NCBI RefSeq assembly: GCF_000143415.4
Contig: NW_003314274.1
Span: forward strand, 311,209-375,208
Length of the DNA: 64,000 nt
Origin: Selaginella moellendorffii
Lineage: Eukaryota > Plantae > Lycopodiophyta
Direction of reading: 5' to 3'
The notes below the pieces were generated by a model. It saw only the letters and a list, made by a program, of their open reading frames with translations. It was not told the origin of the DNA and did no database searches. Positions 11,291-24,000 of the stretch are shown here, piece after piece; position 1 is the first letter of the stretch, and each line of letters begins with the position of its first letter. The position numbers and the translations under genes are program-made.

Positions 11291-14200
11291 CACCTCCAAT
11301 GTGTCACTGGACAAAGTAGGGGCTGGTCCAACGAGGGGAGAACTTCGAAGGTGGCGTAAACTCCATGAGTAGAACAAGATTGCCATCCTCGAATGGTTCG
11401 GCAAATTACTAGTGATCAATGACTGAATTGATCTTCTACTTGCCTCGAAGGAGATGTTCTGATGTGATCGTCACTGTTCTTCCAAGGCAAGAACCTCCAA
11501 GTCACGTGCATGAAGCTTGTCCTCATCGCTAAGCTGCATCGCTGTTGCGTATCAAAGAGAAAGTGAGAGTGATGGCACTTGGATCTCCATTGGAAGCACG
11601 GCCTCTGTCCAATAGACAAGGGAGAATGGGGTCACAGAATTGGATGTCTTGAAGGATGTCCAAAAGGCCCACAACGCCATAACCAAGTGTTCATGCCAAT
11701 GCCTTGGGTGATCCTCCACAAGCTTTGAGATGACTGTCTTCAATCTCTTGTTGCTGAACTCCACCTGGCCATTGCACTCAGGATAATAGCTGCTTCTCTT
11801 CACATGCTTGATCTGTAGCCATTGGAGAAGATGCATCACACACTTCCGCCGCATATGAAAAGTTGGCTGGAACTCTTGGATGGTCACAATCCAAGCTAAA
11901 GTATGAGGATTGTGAACCAATTGTTGTAAAAGAAAGGTCAGCATAGTAAAACAGACATGGGAATGGATACAGGCTCTAGCAAGAAAGTGATGAAATCACT
12001 CCAAGGTGTAAATAACAGCCACTACTTCTTTTTCCGCATCCACATACTTCTTCTTAGTGTCTTTGAACGAATGTGAGGCATAGTATGTTGCATGTGGTGG
12101 CTTGCCAAGCTATGAACATTGGCAAAGGTATACTCCAAAAGCCTCTACACCCGTTGTGATGTAAATGTCGAAAGGAAGTTGTCATTCTGGTGGTTGGAGT
12201 ACTGGGGGCTCCATAGTATGAAATTCTGAACTCAAAGAGTTATAACTCGCATGCAACACTTTTAATTGGCTTGATTCTTTCTGCCAATTGTGTGTCTGGA
12301 AGTCATGTTCTGTCTCCATGAAACGGCATGACAAAATACACTTGGAGTCGTCAGCTACTAGGATTTTAGTAGGAAAATGCCTGCTGTATGACACCTCAAA
12401 TACTTGCTGAGGAGGGTTGAGTCTGGCTATGTCCTGTGAGAGATGGAGCTGGTCTAGAGTGACTGTGTCATCAAGCTCCATAAGGGGGAGTTGGTCCCAT
12501 GCATGAAACGAATCAAGAAGCCCTTCCTCTATCAAGAAACACTCCGAAAAGCTGGATATAGGAGCCCGTACCCTATAAGCCCCACCATCAAATAAAGAGG
12601 GCGTGGCAAGAGGCTTGGCCTTACTCTCAAAAAAGAGAGTGAAACTGAGAGATGTCTCGAGCTATCTGACTCACCTCCAACCATGTCAATCACATTGCAT
12701 GAAAAAGCATCCGTTGTATAGATGGTCGACTCCACCGCCAACTCAAGAAAAGCCTCTGTGAGCTCAGGAGGAAAGTGTGGTGTGGAGACCACTTTAGTCC
12801 AAGCCTTCTGGGCTTGTTGAGAAAGAACTCTACCATCATTGTTAAGAAAGGTGGCGCTATGGGTTCCATTGCTAATTTCCATTTTGCCTTGCGCACTGTC
12901 AATGGTGCAATGGGCTGTGACTTGCCATGAGCGGCCAAGGATGATAGAGTCCTTCAAAGAGGATATTCCAAGATGTTAGTAGTCAACCATGAGGAAATTC
13001 GCCTCAGAAATAACACTCTGCACAGAGACCTTGACACCACAACAAATGCCTGCCGGAGGAACAATGTGGTTGGTGAAGGTCTTGAGCATGATGGAGGAAC
13101 TCTCGGTGATCTGTATCTGTGCTGGAAGGGCAGCTTCAAGAGAGATAATATTGCTTCCAAAACCAGAGTCAACCAAAGCATCCACCCTACAAGAGGAAGT
13201 ACCAATCTGCACTGGGACGAAGAATGGACCAGGATCTCCACCATATCTTGTCATGTCGATAATGTGCAACTCTTGAGGAATCCTCTTGAGAATGCTCTTT
13301 GGTGTTCCTGACCGTGCAAACTCCTCTAAATGTTGGCCGAATCCTGGGACAAAACACAATATATCTCTGAGTAAAAAGGTGACGGGAGTGTCAACTAGCT
13401 ATTCGAGAACTGGCTCCAGAACAGGAATAGCTGTTGGTGAGATCTCAGGAGGAGAAGAGAGTAGTGACTTGAAGGGGAGCCTACAAGCCACCCTCTATGT
13501 CACTAGATTTGATGCCGACAGAGATTCACTCTCAACCGGCACCGAGGGATCTATGGCAGGTTGAGCAGCTACCTTCTTCTTCGCTTGGGCTCGAGTGGCT
13601 GTGGTTTGCTGCTGTTGCCTATAGAGTTCCTCGGCTACCAAAATCGTGTTGACCGATGAGGCTCATGCTTTGCCTTTGCTTGACGAAGAGGCTGCCTCAA
13701 TTGCTTGTTGCTCCAACTGCACCTAATATGCACCTCAAGACGATGTGGAATTATCAGCAAAGGGATGTTGTTGGACATGTTGAGAAGATGGAGGCTAAAG
13801 CTTTGGGTGAAGCTTGAAGCAATGCTGCGTGTTGTGTGTGTTTGTCTTGCAATGAGTGCGCCAACGAGACCTAAATCTGCATTCTTGAGTAGTAGCAGCC
13901 TCTTTCCTAGATTCCACCAGCTCCTAGAGCAATTTGTCATGGTGTGATTGCTGCTGAAGAATGATCTCCTTTAGTTGCCACATCTCGTTGGCAAAGTTCT
14001 CAATAGCTAGAGGTGTATGCTCAATAACAACGGGCTTTGGTGTGGACGGATGAACAGTTGCACAAGGTGACTCTGAGGGGGTGATGGCTTGGTTGAAATC
14101 AACTCTAGCAATCCCCAGGTCAATAAGAAGCTCTCTTTCCAACTTCGTGGCAAATGAAAACGCCTCGCGGCAAGACCTGAATGTCTTCTTAAGAAGTTTT

Positions 14201-14610
14201 CACTACAAGTTCCCACGCAGACTTGTTGTGAATGCCGTGGTCCCCTGTTGCTCATCTTGGACCACTCTGCGATCCCAACACTACTTCCAGTATGCTCAAA
14301 ACCGAGTGATATAGTCAAGAACAGACTCGTGCGCACCCTGCTAGAACGAAAAGAGGTCAACAAGTAGCTGATTTGTGGGTTTTTCTTCAACGAAATGTTC
14401 TCTGAAAGAATTAAGTAGTGTCTGGAAGTCTGTCTGGTCCTCTGGGAGGAGAGAATCTGCCTAAGTTTTTGCTTTGCCTTCGAGAGACTGCAAGAACTCG
14501 CGGCACATATGATCATCATTGATGATCATGTTTGTGGTGCAGTAGTAACCAAAGCGACTGATATGTGATGTTGGAGAGACTGTTCAAACACCTAAGAAGG
14601 TCGGTAGATC
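11291..14610 (-). pseudogene. B1 gag-pol remnants (gag, aspartic protease, RNase H, integrase)
   Basis: LVDSGFGSNIIS protease (12976-13359); SSYYPECNGQVE...WAFWTSFK integrase (11552-11944). Confidence 0.85.
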
Positions 14611-15689
14611 ACTCCCCTTCTGTAGAACATGGAGTTGAGGTCGAGCTAGAGGTGGCTGCGCCATAGCTTGTAGATCCAAGTCACTAGAATCTGCTGAGGA
14701 TGAAGAGGACTTGGCCCGAAAAGGTGCAGTGTCGTACCTAAGCTGCCTTTGGATGTTAGAAAGTTTACTCTATACCTTAGGGCATTGAGGTATGGTAAAA
14801 GGGTGCCAATTTATCGCATGTTTAGTTTGTACTGGCATCAAATACCCTGAACACTACAAATGCCCGGCCAAGGCAACTGGGTTGACAAAAGTAGGGAGAC
14901 TATAGACTTATGCTCAAGCTACTCAAAGTTGCCCAAAATGCCTGTGACGAAGAGAAATAAGGGTCAAAATGGAAGGACATGTAGGCCTCAAGCACACGTA
15001 ACCATTGACCCATAGGGTAACTGTCGAATTAGCCGCTGGAATAGCCACTAGAGTAGCCAATAATTGATAACTGGTAACTAGTAATTGGGGACCTATCACT
15101 GGTAACCACCCGCTTTCACTTCTACTCCTGCGCCTATTCCTCTTGTTCCTATTCCTATGCCAACCTATTCCTTGAAGATTCTTTCATTCCCAAGGAACCC
15201 CCCAACAAAGTTTAGCCCAAAAGAGAAAAATGAGTCATCTAGTCTTAATCCTTCCCCGTTTTGACTATTGGCGGGCTCATTGGAAAGAGCTCAGCCCCAT
15301 CTACCCTCTATCGCAGGAACTTGGGAAGAAGCCGCCTCAATATTCCCCAAAATCCAAGAAGAGGTAGCCTAGAACGTCAATATTGTGGAAAAATATGTGC
15401 ATATCACTAATGTAGATTGATACTAAGGTGCTATTGGAATTTTCAGAAAGCCTAGGACCAGAAGCACCTCTAGAAACAAACAACATCCAAAACAATGCCT
15501 AGAAGAGCATGAATTCCTGCTACAAAGATGACCAAATCTAGTTGGAGAAGAAAATTTTGGTCATGCTTTCAAGGATCTTTTACCCTTCGACACCTTGGGG
15601 AATTTATTCTTTACAACTCCACTGCCTATAGAAAAAGTTCAATGCCCACATTGAATGCCTTTTTTTAATTCTATAACTTGTTGACCATG

Positions 15690-18600
15690 TCTCTAGGGGC
15701 ATCCCCCCACTTAGCGATGTGCCTAAGTTAGCCTCCCTGGCTAAGAGCCCATGACAACGGAATATAGATGTCCCTATACCCCTCTCCTCACCATGCCTTA
15801 GTATGGGGTCAGGACTTGAACCCAGCCTTGCTTTACTAGTGGGTCAAGATTTGAACCCAACCTTCGTAGAATATGCCTACAGATTCGACATCCCTGTGGC
15901 ATAGTTTCCTACATCTGGTCGACCTAGCTAACCCATGCTAATTAGCTTACCTCTAGCACACCTTCGGATCCCAACATATAATATTGCTCAAGTTCTCAAA
16001 TAGATTCTTTAATTGAATTTGGCATAAGTATATAGAGTTCTACCTTGCAAAAATTCTTCCACTAGATCCCGTGTGTTTGCTAGGTTCTCCTTTGGTTCCC
16101 ATATCGCTTCATAGCGTGGAAATCTTTTCCACTTCACATGGAACTCCCTCACCTTGCATACTTGTCGTTGCTCTTGTGCGCATTGAGGATGGCCTCAACT
16201 TCGTATTTCTCTTCCCCTTGGATAACCTCAGGTAAAGGTCTTACTTGGTCCTTTCAAAGTAGATCCTCAGAGTACAGCTTGAGTAAGTTCACATAGAACA
16301 CAGGATGCATCTTTCCCATCTCTCATGGAAGTCAAAGGCGGTAAGCCACCTTACCAATTCGTGCCTCAATCTCATAAGGCCCTATGAACCTGCTTAAGGA
16401 ACTCAAGATCAGTTCATTTCCAGAAATATATGCATTTTTACCTTTGGGTCAGTTTTCGGCTGATCCCATTTAGTAACCTTAGGTTCTTGGTGTTTAGCCA
16501 CACCTCCTCCCCAGGTTGGAGCTTTACATCCCAGCACTTCTAGTTTGCATACTTATTTTGCCTTTGTTAAACCCATTCGAAGGACTCCCTCACTAGATTC
16601 CAAATGTTGAGTCTTTCTATCATAAATACCTCCACTGCGGGTAACTCTCTATGATACTCGGCCACGCTAAGTTCCACAGGACCTTTAATAGCTCGCCTAT
16701 TGATGACTTCCCATGGACTCACCCTGATACTCGAGTGTGGTGAATTGTTATAGCACAATTCCACAAGTCCTAAATGACTTACCCAATTAGTCTGGTCTCT
16801 AGAGACATAACATCGCAAATAATCCTCTAGCTGCCTATTCACCCTTTCCGTTTGTCTATCTATCAAAAAGTGTTAGTGCCATCAAACTTAACTTATACCC
16901 AATACTTGTCTGTGGGTGATAGGTTGTGCTGAATTTCAACTTGGTGCGATATTGTTGTAGGAGAGTTCTCTAGAACCTACTAGTGAAAATGTTATCTTGA
17001 TTTGAGATAATTTCTTTTGGCTTTCCCCACACTTGAACCACTTGTTCGAAGAACAGCTTCACCACACCTTCCATATCCACTTCTATTGTGGTGGGTATGA
17101 AATGTTCCATCTTCGAAAATCAATCCACCACTATGAATATCGCATCAAACCCCTCACTTGGGGGGAGTCCCGTGATGAAGTCCATCATAAGACATTTCCA
17201 TAGGCGATCTGGAATTGGGATGCTTTGTAACAAGCCCCCACTAGCCTTAGTCACGGCTTTGAATTGATGAGATGTTGGACATGTCTTTACATAGTCTTAG
17301 ACGTCTTTAGCCATATTTGGCTAGTGATACTTCCTCTTGAGTAAGCCCATAATCTTAGGCACTCCGCCGTGTCCTACAAAAGGTTCGTCATGACACTCTT
17401 CTAAGGCTACCTTCCTTAGTTCCCCTTTTGGAATATACACCCTTGTTTGTTTATAATAGATGAGTCCATTGTGTTTTGCATAGCTTGTTTTCTCTTCCGC
17501 TGGCAACTCACCTCTCTAGTGAGCTTCCTGCGCCTCTTGATTCCTTAGCAACACTTTTTGTGCTAGACCATCATTCTCATATGCTATCCGCACATCATCC
17601 CAAAAGGTTGCTGTCACGCTGGATATCGCCAACTTCAAGCTCACTTTTTGACTTAGAGCATCTGCCACGATGTTGCTTTTCCTAGTTTTATATAAAATCT
17701 CACAATCAAACTCGACTAAAGCATTAGCCCACTGACCTTGTTTCCCTCTTAAGTCAGGCTGTAACAAAAAGTTTTTCATTGCCACATTATTTGTGTAAAC
17801 TTTGAAGTGTCTCCTAAAGTAGTGTTACCACTTCTTGAGTGCCTTAACCACTACAAACAATTCTTTTTCGTGGGCAGGCCATTTTCACTAAGCCTTGTCC
17901 AACTTCTTTGAGTAGAACGCTACTGGATGGTTGTCTTGCTTCAACACTACGACCAACGCAAAGTCTGAAGCATCTATTTTTACCTCAAAATCCTTATTAC
18001 AGTCGGGTAACACTAACACAGGACCTTCCTCAACTTCCCTTTGAGGTGGATAAATGCTACTTCGCATTCTGCTGTCCATACCATCTTCCCTTTTCCCATT
18101 TGGTCCGTTAAAGGTAGGGTTATTCTCAAATGGTGTTTGATAAACTTTCAATAATAGTTGCATAGCCCCAAAAATGCCTTCAACTTGTGTACATTGGATG
18201 GCCGTTCCCATTCTTGGATCGCTTCGACCTTCTTAAGGTCCACCTTGAGCCTGTCCTTGCCCACCATATGCTGAAGAAACTTTACCTCTTGTTGAGCAAA
18301 GTTACATTTGCTTTTTTTAGCATATAGTTGATGTTCCCTTAGTTTCTCAAACACATTCGTCAAATGTTCGGCATGCTTTTCTAGCATTTCGCTATAGATC
18401 AAAATATTATCAATGTAGACAACCATGAAATGATCTAAATAAAGTATAAAAATATGGTTCATTAGCACCGAGAATGTTGCTAGTGCATTGCACAACCCAA
18501 AGGGCATCATTAGAAACTCAAAGCTTCCATACCTTGTTCGACAAATTATCTTCTTGACATATTCCTCTACTACCCTGATCTGGTAGTATCCTGACCTTAG

Positions 18601-19458
18601 GTCAATCCTCGAAAAGTATTTCACTTTTCCCAACCTATTGAACAAATCCTCAATCCCTGGTAAAGGGTACTTGTTCTTCTTTGTATACTTGTTGAGTAAC
18701 CAGTAGTTTATGCACATGTATATAGATTCATTTTTCTTTTTCACAAATAACATTAATGTATGATACAGTCACTTGCTCAACCTAATATACCCTTTTTCCA
18801 CCAACTCCTTAAGTTGGTGTTTGAACTCCTCGAGTTCCTTTACGTTCAACCGTTAACCAGGACAAACCACCACCTTAGCACCCTTGACCAACTTGATCTT
18901 GTGTTCTATTAGTTGTTTGCAGGGTAACCCCGTCGGTAGCTCCTCCGGCATAGTATCCTGGAATTGGTCTAACACCCGCTGGATCACTAAAGGTATTTCT
19001 TCTGTTCCTGTCTTTTTGTCACTCTTCACCGAGAGTAAGCACAAAAATGCTGCCTTGGTTTGTTTAGTGAGTTGACCACTCGTGGACACCAAGTTTAAGC
19101 AGGAGTCTTTGGCCTTACATTGCCCTACCTTTAGATCCTAGGCCTCCACCCTGGATTATTCTCCCCAGGCATTCGCTAGTACCACAAGGTTCCTCCTTTG
19201 TCCATGCAAGGCTACTATGAACCGATTGAACCAATTCATCTCGAAGATTACGTCAAATCCCACCATGTCCAACACAGTGAAATCCATGTCTAATTTCCAT
19301 GTCCCTACTTTGACTTTTGCTTGTCAAAGTACCTCATCATGTCCCTATTTTGACTTTTGCTTGTCGAAGTACCTTATCATATTTTGGCTACCTTGAATAA
19401 ACTCTATAGTCCTTGGTTCACTCCGCTGCTGCACCATTAGTCTGGCTTGCCAAACTAT
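15690..19458 (-). mobile_element. Chromovirus Ty3/gypsy 3' half (D): protease C-terminus, RT, RNase H, integrase, chromodomain, 3' UTR
   Basis: RT YFSRIDLRSGYYQIR...YIDNIL (18148-18753); RH DASDFA (17888-18211); integrase (16567-17506); chromodomain YEVEAIL...FHVKWK...IWEPKENL at ~16050-16215. Confidence 0.9.
15694..15883 (-). other. Conserved structured 3'-UTR module: long stem plus two tRNA T-arm-like hairpins
   Basis: taggggcatc/gatgtcccta stem (15694-15776). On the minus strand, ggttgggTTCAAATcttgacc and ggctgggTTCAAGTcctgacc. A homologous module is at 46232-46590. Confidence 0.6.
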
Positions 19459-21039
19459 TGTTAGGGCGTGGCCATCGAGAGAGTGAGAGTGAGAGAGGGA
19501 ATATTCTAGTCCTCAGAATATTCCCCATCTTCCTCATATTAAACCCTTGCCTCACAAGGGCAAGGGGGGGCATTTTTGAGAAGAGCATTCAAGCATTTCT
19601 CATGTTTGAACGAGTGTTGGGGGAGGCGCCCCTCCTTCCCCCAACAAATGGTGAACCCAGTGTGACACACAGCACTTTCTGACGTGTCATTTCTCTTTTT
19701 CTTTTGGCCACAGACTTTGGGAAGGAATTCCTTGTTCATCTGGCAGTGGTTTTGTTTGATCTTTGGCGTGTTGGATATGTCTGGAGCTCTTTTTTCCAGC
19801 AAGGTATGGCGCTCATCAAGCTGTGCAGTATAGGAAGAGATACAACGTTTCTTGGCTTGGTTGGATGAACATTTTAGGGTTTTCTCATCTGGATTCTCAG
19901 CAAAATTTTTCAAGGTAGTGCATTTAGGCTTGTAGATCTTGCCTAGATCTACGAGTAGTGGTGATTCTTGGCACTAGATTTGGCCAAATTGGCAGCATGC
20001 AAAAGGATTTTCTTCTCCGGCTAGATTGGGTCATCTTTGTAGTAGAAATTTGTGCTCCTCTAGGCTTTGTTTTAGATGCTGTTTATTTTCAGAGGTGCTC
20101 TTGATCCTAGGCTTTCCAAAAACACCAACGGCGCCTTAGTATCGATCTACATCAATGACATGCACATGTTTTTCCACAATATTGGCGTTCTGGGCTACCT
20201 CTTCTTGGATTTTGGGGAGTATTGAGGTGGCTTCTTCCCAAATTCCTGTGATAGGAGGTAGACAGGGCTGAGCCCTTTCCAATGAGCCCACAAACATTCA
20301 AAATGGGGAAAGATCGAGACCAAAAGACTCATTTTTCTCTTTTAAACTAAACTTTGTTGGGGGTTCCTTAGGAACAACGCAATCTTCAGTCTTGGGAATG
20401 TAGGAACAGGAAGAGGAGTTGATGTAGGAATAGGAACAAGGGGAGCAGGAACAAAAGTTGGCGTAGGAACAGGAACAGGGGGAGCAAGAACAAGAGTTGG
20501 TGTAGGAACAGGAACAGGAGGAACATGGATAGTAGGAGAAGGCGTACAGGTAGGAGTGAGAGTAGGGGGTTACCAGTTATGGTTTACAGGTCCCTAATTA
20601 CTGGTTACTAGTTACCGGTTACAGACTACTCCAGCGGCTACTTTGGTGGTTACCCAACAGGCCAACAGTTATGTGCGTTTGAAACTTATATCCCCTTCAC
20701 CCTTATTTCTCTTCATCATAGGATGTTTGAGCAACTTGAGCACAAGTCTACAGTCTCCTTGCTTTTGTCAACCCAGTTGCCTTGGCCGGGCATTTGTAGT
20801 GTTCAGCATATTTGATGCCAGTACAAACTAGACATGCGATAAATTGGCACCCTTTTACCATACCTCAATGCCCTAAGGTATAGAGTAAACTTTCTAACAT
20901 CCAAAGGCAGCTTAGGTACGACATTGCACCTTTTCGGGCCAAGTCCTCTTCATCCTCAGCAGATTCTAGTGACTTAGATCTATGAGCTATGGCGCAGCCA
21001 CCTCTAGCTCGACCTCAACTCCATGTTCTACAGAAGGGG

Positions 21040-24000
21040 AGTGATCTACCGACCTTCTTAGGTGTTTGAACAGTCTCTCCAACATCACATATCAATCGCT
21101 TTGGTTACTACTGCACCACAAACATGATCATCAATGATGATCATATGTGCCGTGAGTTCTTGCAGTCTCTCGAAGGCAAAGCAAAAACTTAGGCAGATTC
21201 TCTCCTCCCAGAGGACCAGACAGACTTCCAGACACTACTTAATTCTTTCAGAGAATGTTTTGTTGAAGAAAAACCCACAAATCAGCTACTTGTTGACCTC
21301 TTTTCGTTCTGGCAGGGTGCGCACGAGTCTATTCCTGACTATATCACTCGGTTTTGAGCATACTGGAAGCAGTGTTGGGATCGCAGAGTGGTCCAAGATG
21401 AGCAACAGGGGACCACGGCATTCACAACAAGTCTGCGTGGGAACTTGTAGTGAAAACTTCTTAAGAAGACATTCAGTTCTTGCCGCAAGGCGTTTTTATT
21501 TGCCACAAAGCTGGAAAGAGAGCTTTTTGTCGGCCTAGGGATTGCTAGAGTTGATTTCGACCAAGCCATCACCCCCTCAGAGTCACCTTGTGCAGCTGTT
21601 CACTCATCCACACCAAAGCCCATTGCTATTGAGCATACACCTTCGGATATTGAGAACTTTGGCAACGAGATGTGGCAGCTGAAGGAGATCATTCTTCAGT
21701 AGCAATCACACCATGACAAACTGCTCCAAAAGCTGGTGGAATCCAGGAAAGAGGCCGCTACAGCTTGGGATTGCAGATTTAAATCCCGTTGGTGCACTCA
21801 CTATGAGACAAACACACACAACACATAGTGCTGCTTCAAGCTTCACCCAAAGCTTCAGCCTCCATCTTCTCAATGTGTCCAAAAACATCCCTTCGCTGAT
21901 AACTCCAAATCATCTCAAGGTCCAGAGGCATATCAGGAGCAGCTGGAGCGACAAGCGATTGAGGCAGCCTCTTTGTCAAGCAAAGGCAAGGCACCAGCCT
22001 CATCGGTCAACACAATTTTGGTAGCCGAGGAACTCTTTAGGCAACAACAGCAAACCACAGCCACTCGAGCCCAAGCGAAGAAGAAGGCACCTACTTAGCC
22101 TGCCATAGATCCCTCGGTGCCGGTTGAGAGTGAATCTCTATCGGCACCAAATCCAATGACACAGAGGGTGGCTTGTAAGCTCCCTTTCAAGTCACTACTC
22201 TCTTATCCTCCTGAGATCTCACCAATAGCTATTCCTGTTCTAGAGCTGGTTCTTCAACAGCTGGTTGACACTCCCGTCACCTTTTCGCTCTAAGACATGT
22301 TGTGTCTTGTCCCGGGATTTGGCCAGTGTTTAGAGGAGTTTGCACAGTCAGGAACACTAAAGAGCACTCTCAAGAGGACTCCTCAAGAGTTGCACATTAT
22401 CGACATGACAAGATATGGTGGAGATCCTGGTCCATTCTTCGTCCTAGTGCAGATTGGTACTTCCTCTTGTAGGGTGGATGTTTTGGTTGACTCTGGTTCT
22501 AGAAGCAACATTATCTCTCTCAAAGCTGCCCTTTCAGCATAGATACAGATCACTGAGAGCTCCTCCATCATGCTCAAGAACTTCACCAACCACACTATTC
22601 CTCCGGCAGGCATTTGCTGTGGTGTCAAGGTCTCTGTGCAGAGTGTTATTTCTGAGGCGGATTTCCTCGTGGTTGACTACCAACATCTTGGAACGTCCTC
22701 TTTGAAGGACTCTATCATCCTTGGCCACTCATGGCAAGTCACAGCCTATTGCATCATTGACAGCGCAAAAGGCAAGATGGAAATTAGCAATGGAACCCAT
22801 AGCGCCACCTTTCTTAACAATGATGGCAGAGCTCTTTCTCAGCAAGCCCAGTAGGCTCAGACTAAGATGGCCTCTACACCACACTTCCCTCCCGAGATCA
22901 CAAAGGTTTTTCCTAAGTTGGCGGTGGAGTCGACCATCTATATGACGGATGCTTTCTCATGCAATGCGATTGACATGGTTGGAGGTGAGTCAGATAGCCG
23001 AAGACATCTGTCAACTTCACTATCTTTATTTGAGAGTAAGGCCGAGCCTCTAGACAGTCCCTCTTTATTTGATGGCGGGGCTTATAGAGTATGGGCTCCC
23101 ATATCCAGCTTTTCAGAGTGTTTCTCGATAGAGGAAGGGCTCCTTGATTCGTTTCATGCATGGGACCAACTCTCTCTTATGGAGCTTGACGACACAGTCA
23201 CTCCAGACCAGGTCCATCTTTCACAGGACATAGCCAAACTCAATCCTCCTCAGCAACTATCTAAGGTGTCACACAGTCAGCATCTTCCTACTAAAATTGC
23301 AGTAGTTGATGACTCCAAGCATATTTTGTCATGCCGTTTCTTGGAGACAGAGGATGACATCTAGACACAGAATTGGCAGAAAGAATCAAGCCAATCGGAT
23401 GTGCTGCGTGTGAGTTATAGCTCTTTGAGTTCAGAATTTCCTACTGTGGAGCTCCCGATACAAGTCCAAGTGTATTACAGTGAAACTTCAACACCAGACT
23501 TGGAATAGACTTCAGTGGAGGATCTTCCTTCACTTGCAGAGTACTTGGCTACAGTCCTTGCATTGGACATCAAGCGCTCAGAGCATCAGAAGCAAAGAAA
23601 ACAATAGACAAAGACTCTAGATCCAACAGTAGCATTCTTGCCTAACTTGCCAGAGACGGTCTGGATGTGGTGTCCCCGGCATCTTTATTTGAAGAAGAGG
23701 ACACTCCTATAATTACAGCTTATTTCAACGGTGCTTTCTGCCCCAAAAATTAGGTTGCCGGCATTGGAGTTTGGATGATTGATTCTACAGAGAACAAAGT
23801 AGCCAACCTCTCTATCACTTTACCAGCAACATCAACTAATGAAGCAGAGTACTTGGTGGCTATCAGTGCCATGAAGTTGGCCACAAATCTCAAGTTTAGG
23901 CAAGTCACTTTCATTGGAGATGCACAACTCATCATACGCCAACTTACTGGAGAATACCAAGTTCGCAAAGAGAACCTGAAAGAGCTATGGCAGCGGGCAG

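Larger units (their letters stand above)
3924..15566 (-). mobile_element. Family B (Tat-like Ty3/gypsy) copy B1: 3' LTR 3924-4113, internally deleted, 5' end lost, interrupted by a MULE
   Basis: Reverse complement of B2. Gag, protease, RNase H and integrase remnants remain. RT and aRH were removed by a deletion at ~12210. Confidence 0.85.

Noticed and set aside
19299-19381. ~41-bp tandem duplication in the D protease
   Set aside because: An ordinary post-insertion slippage mutation.
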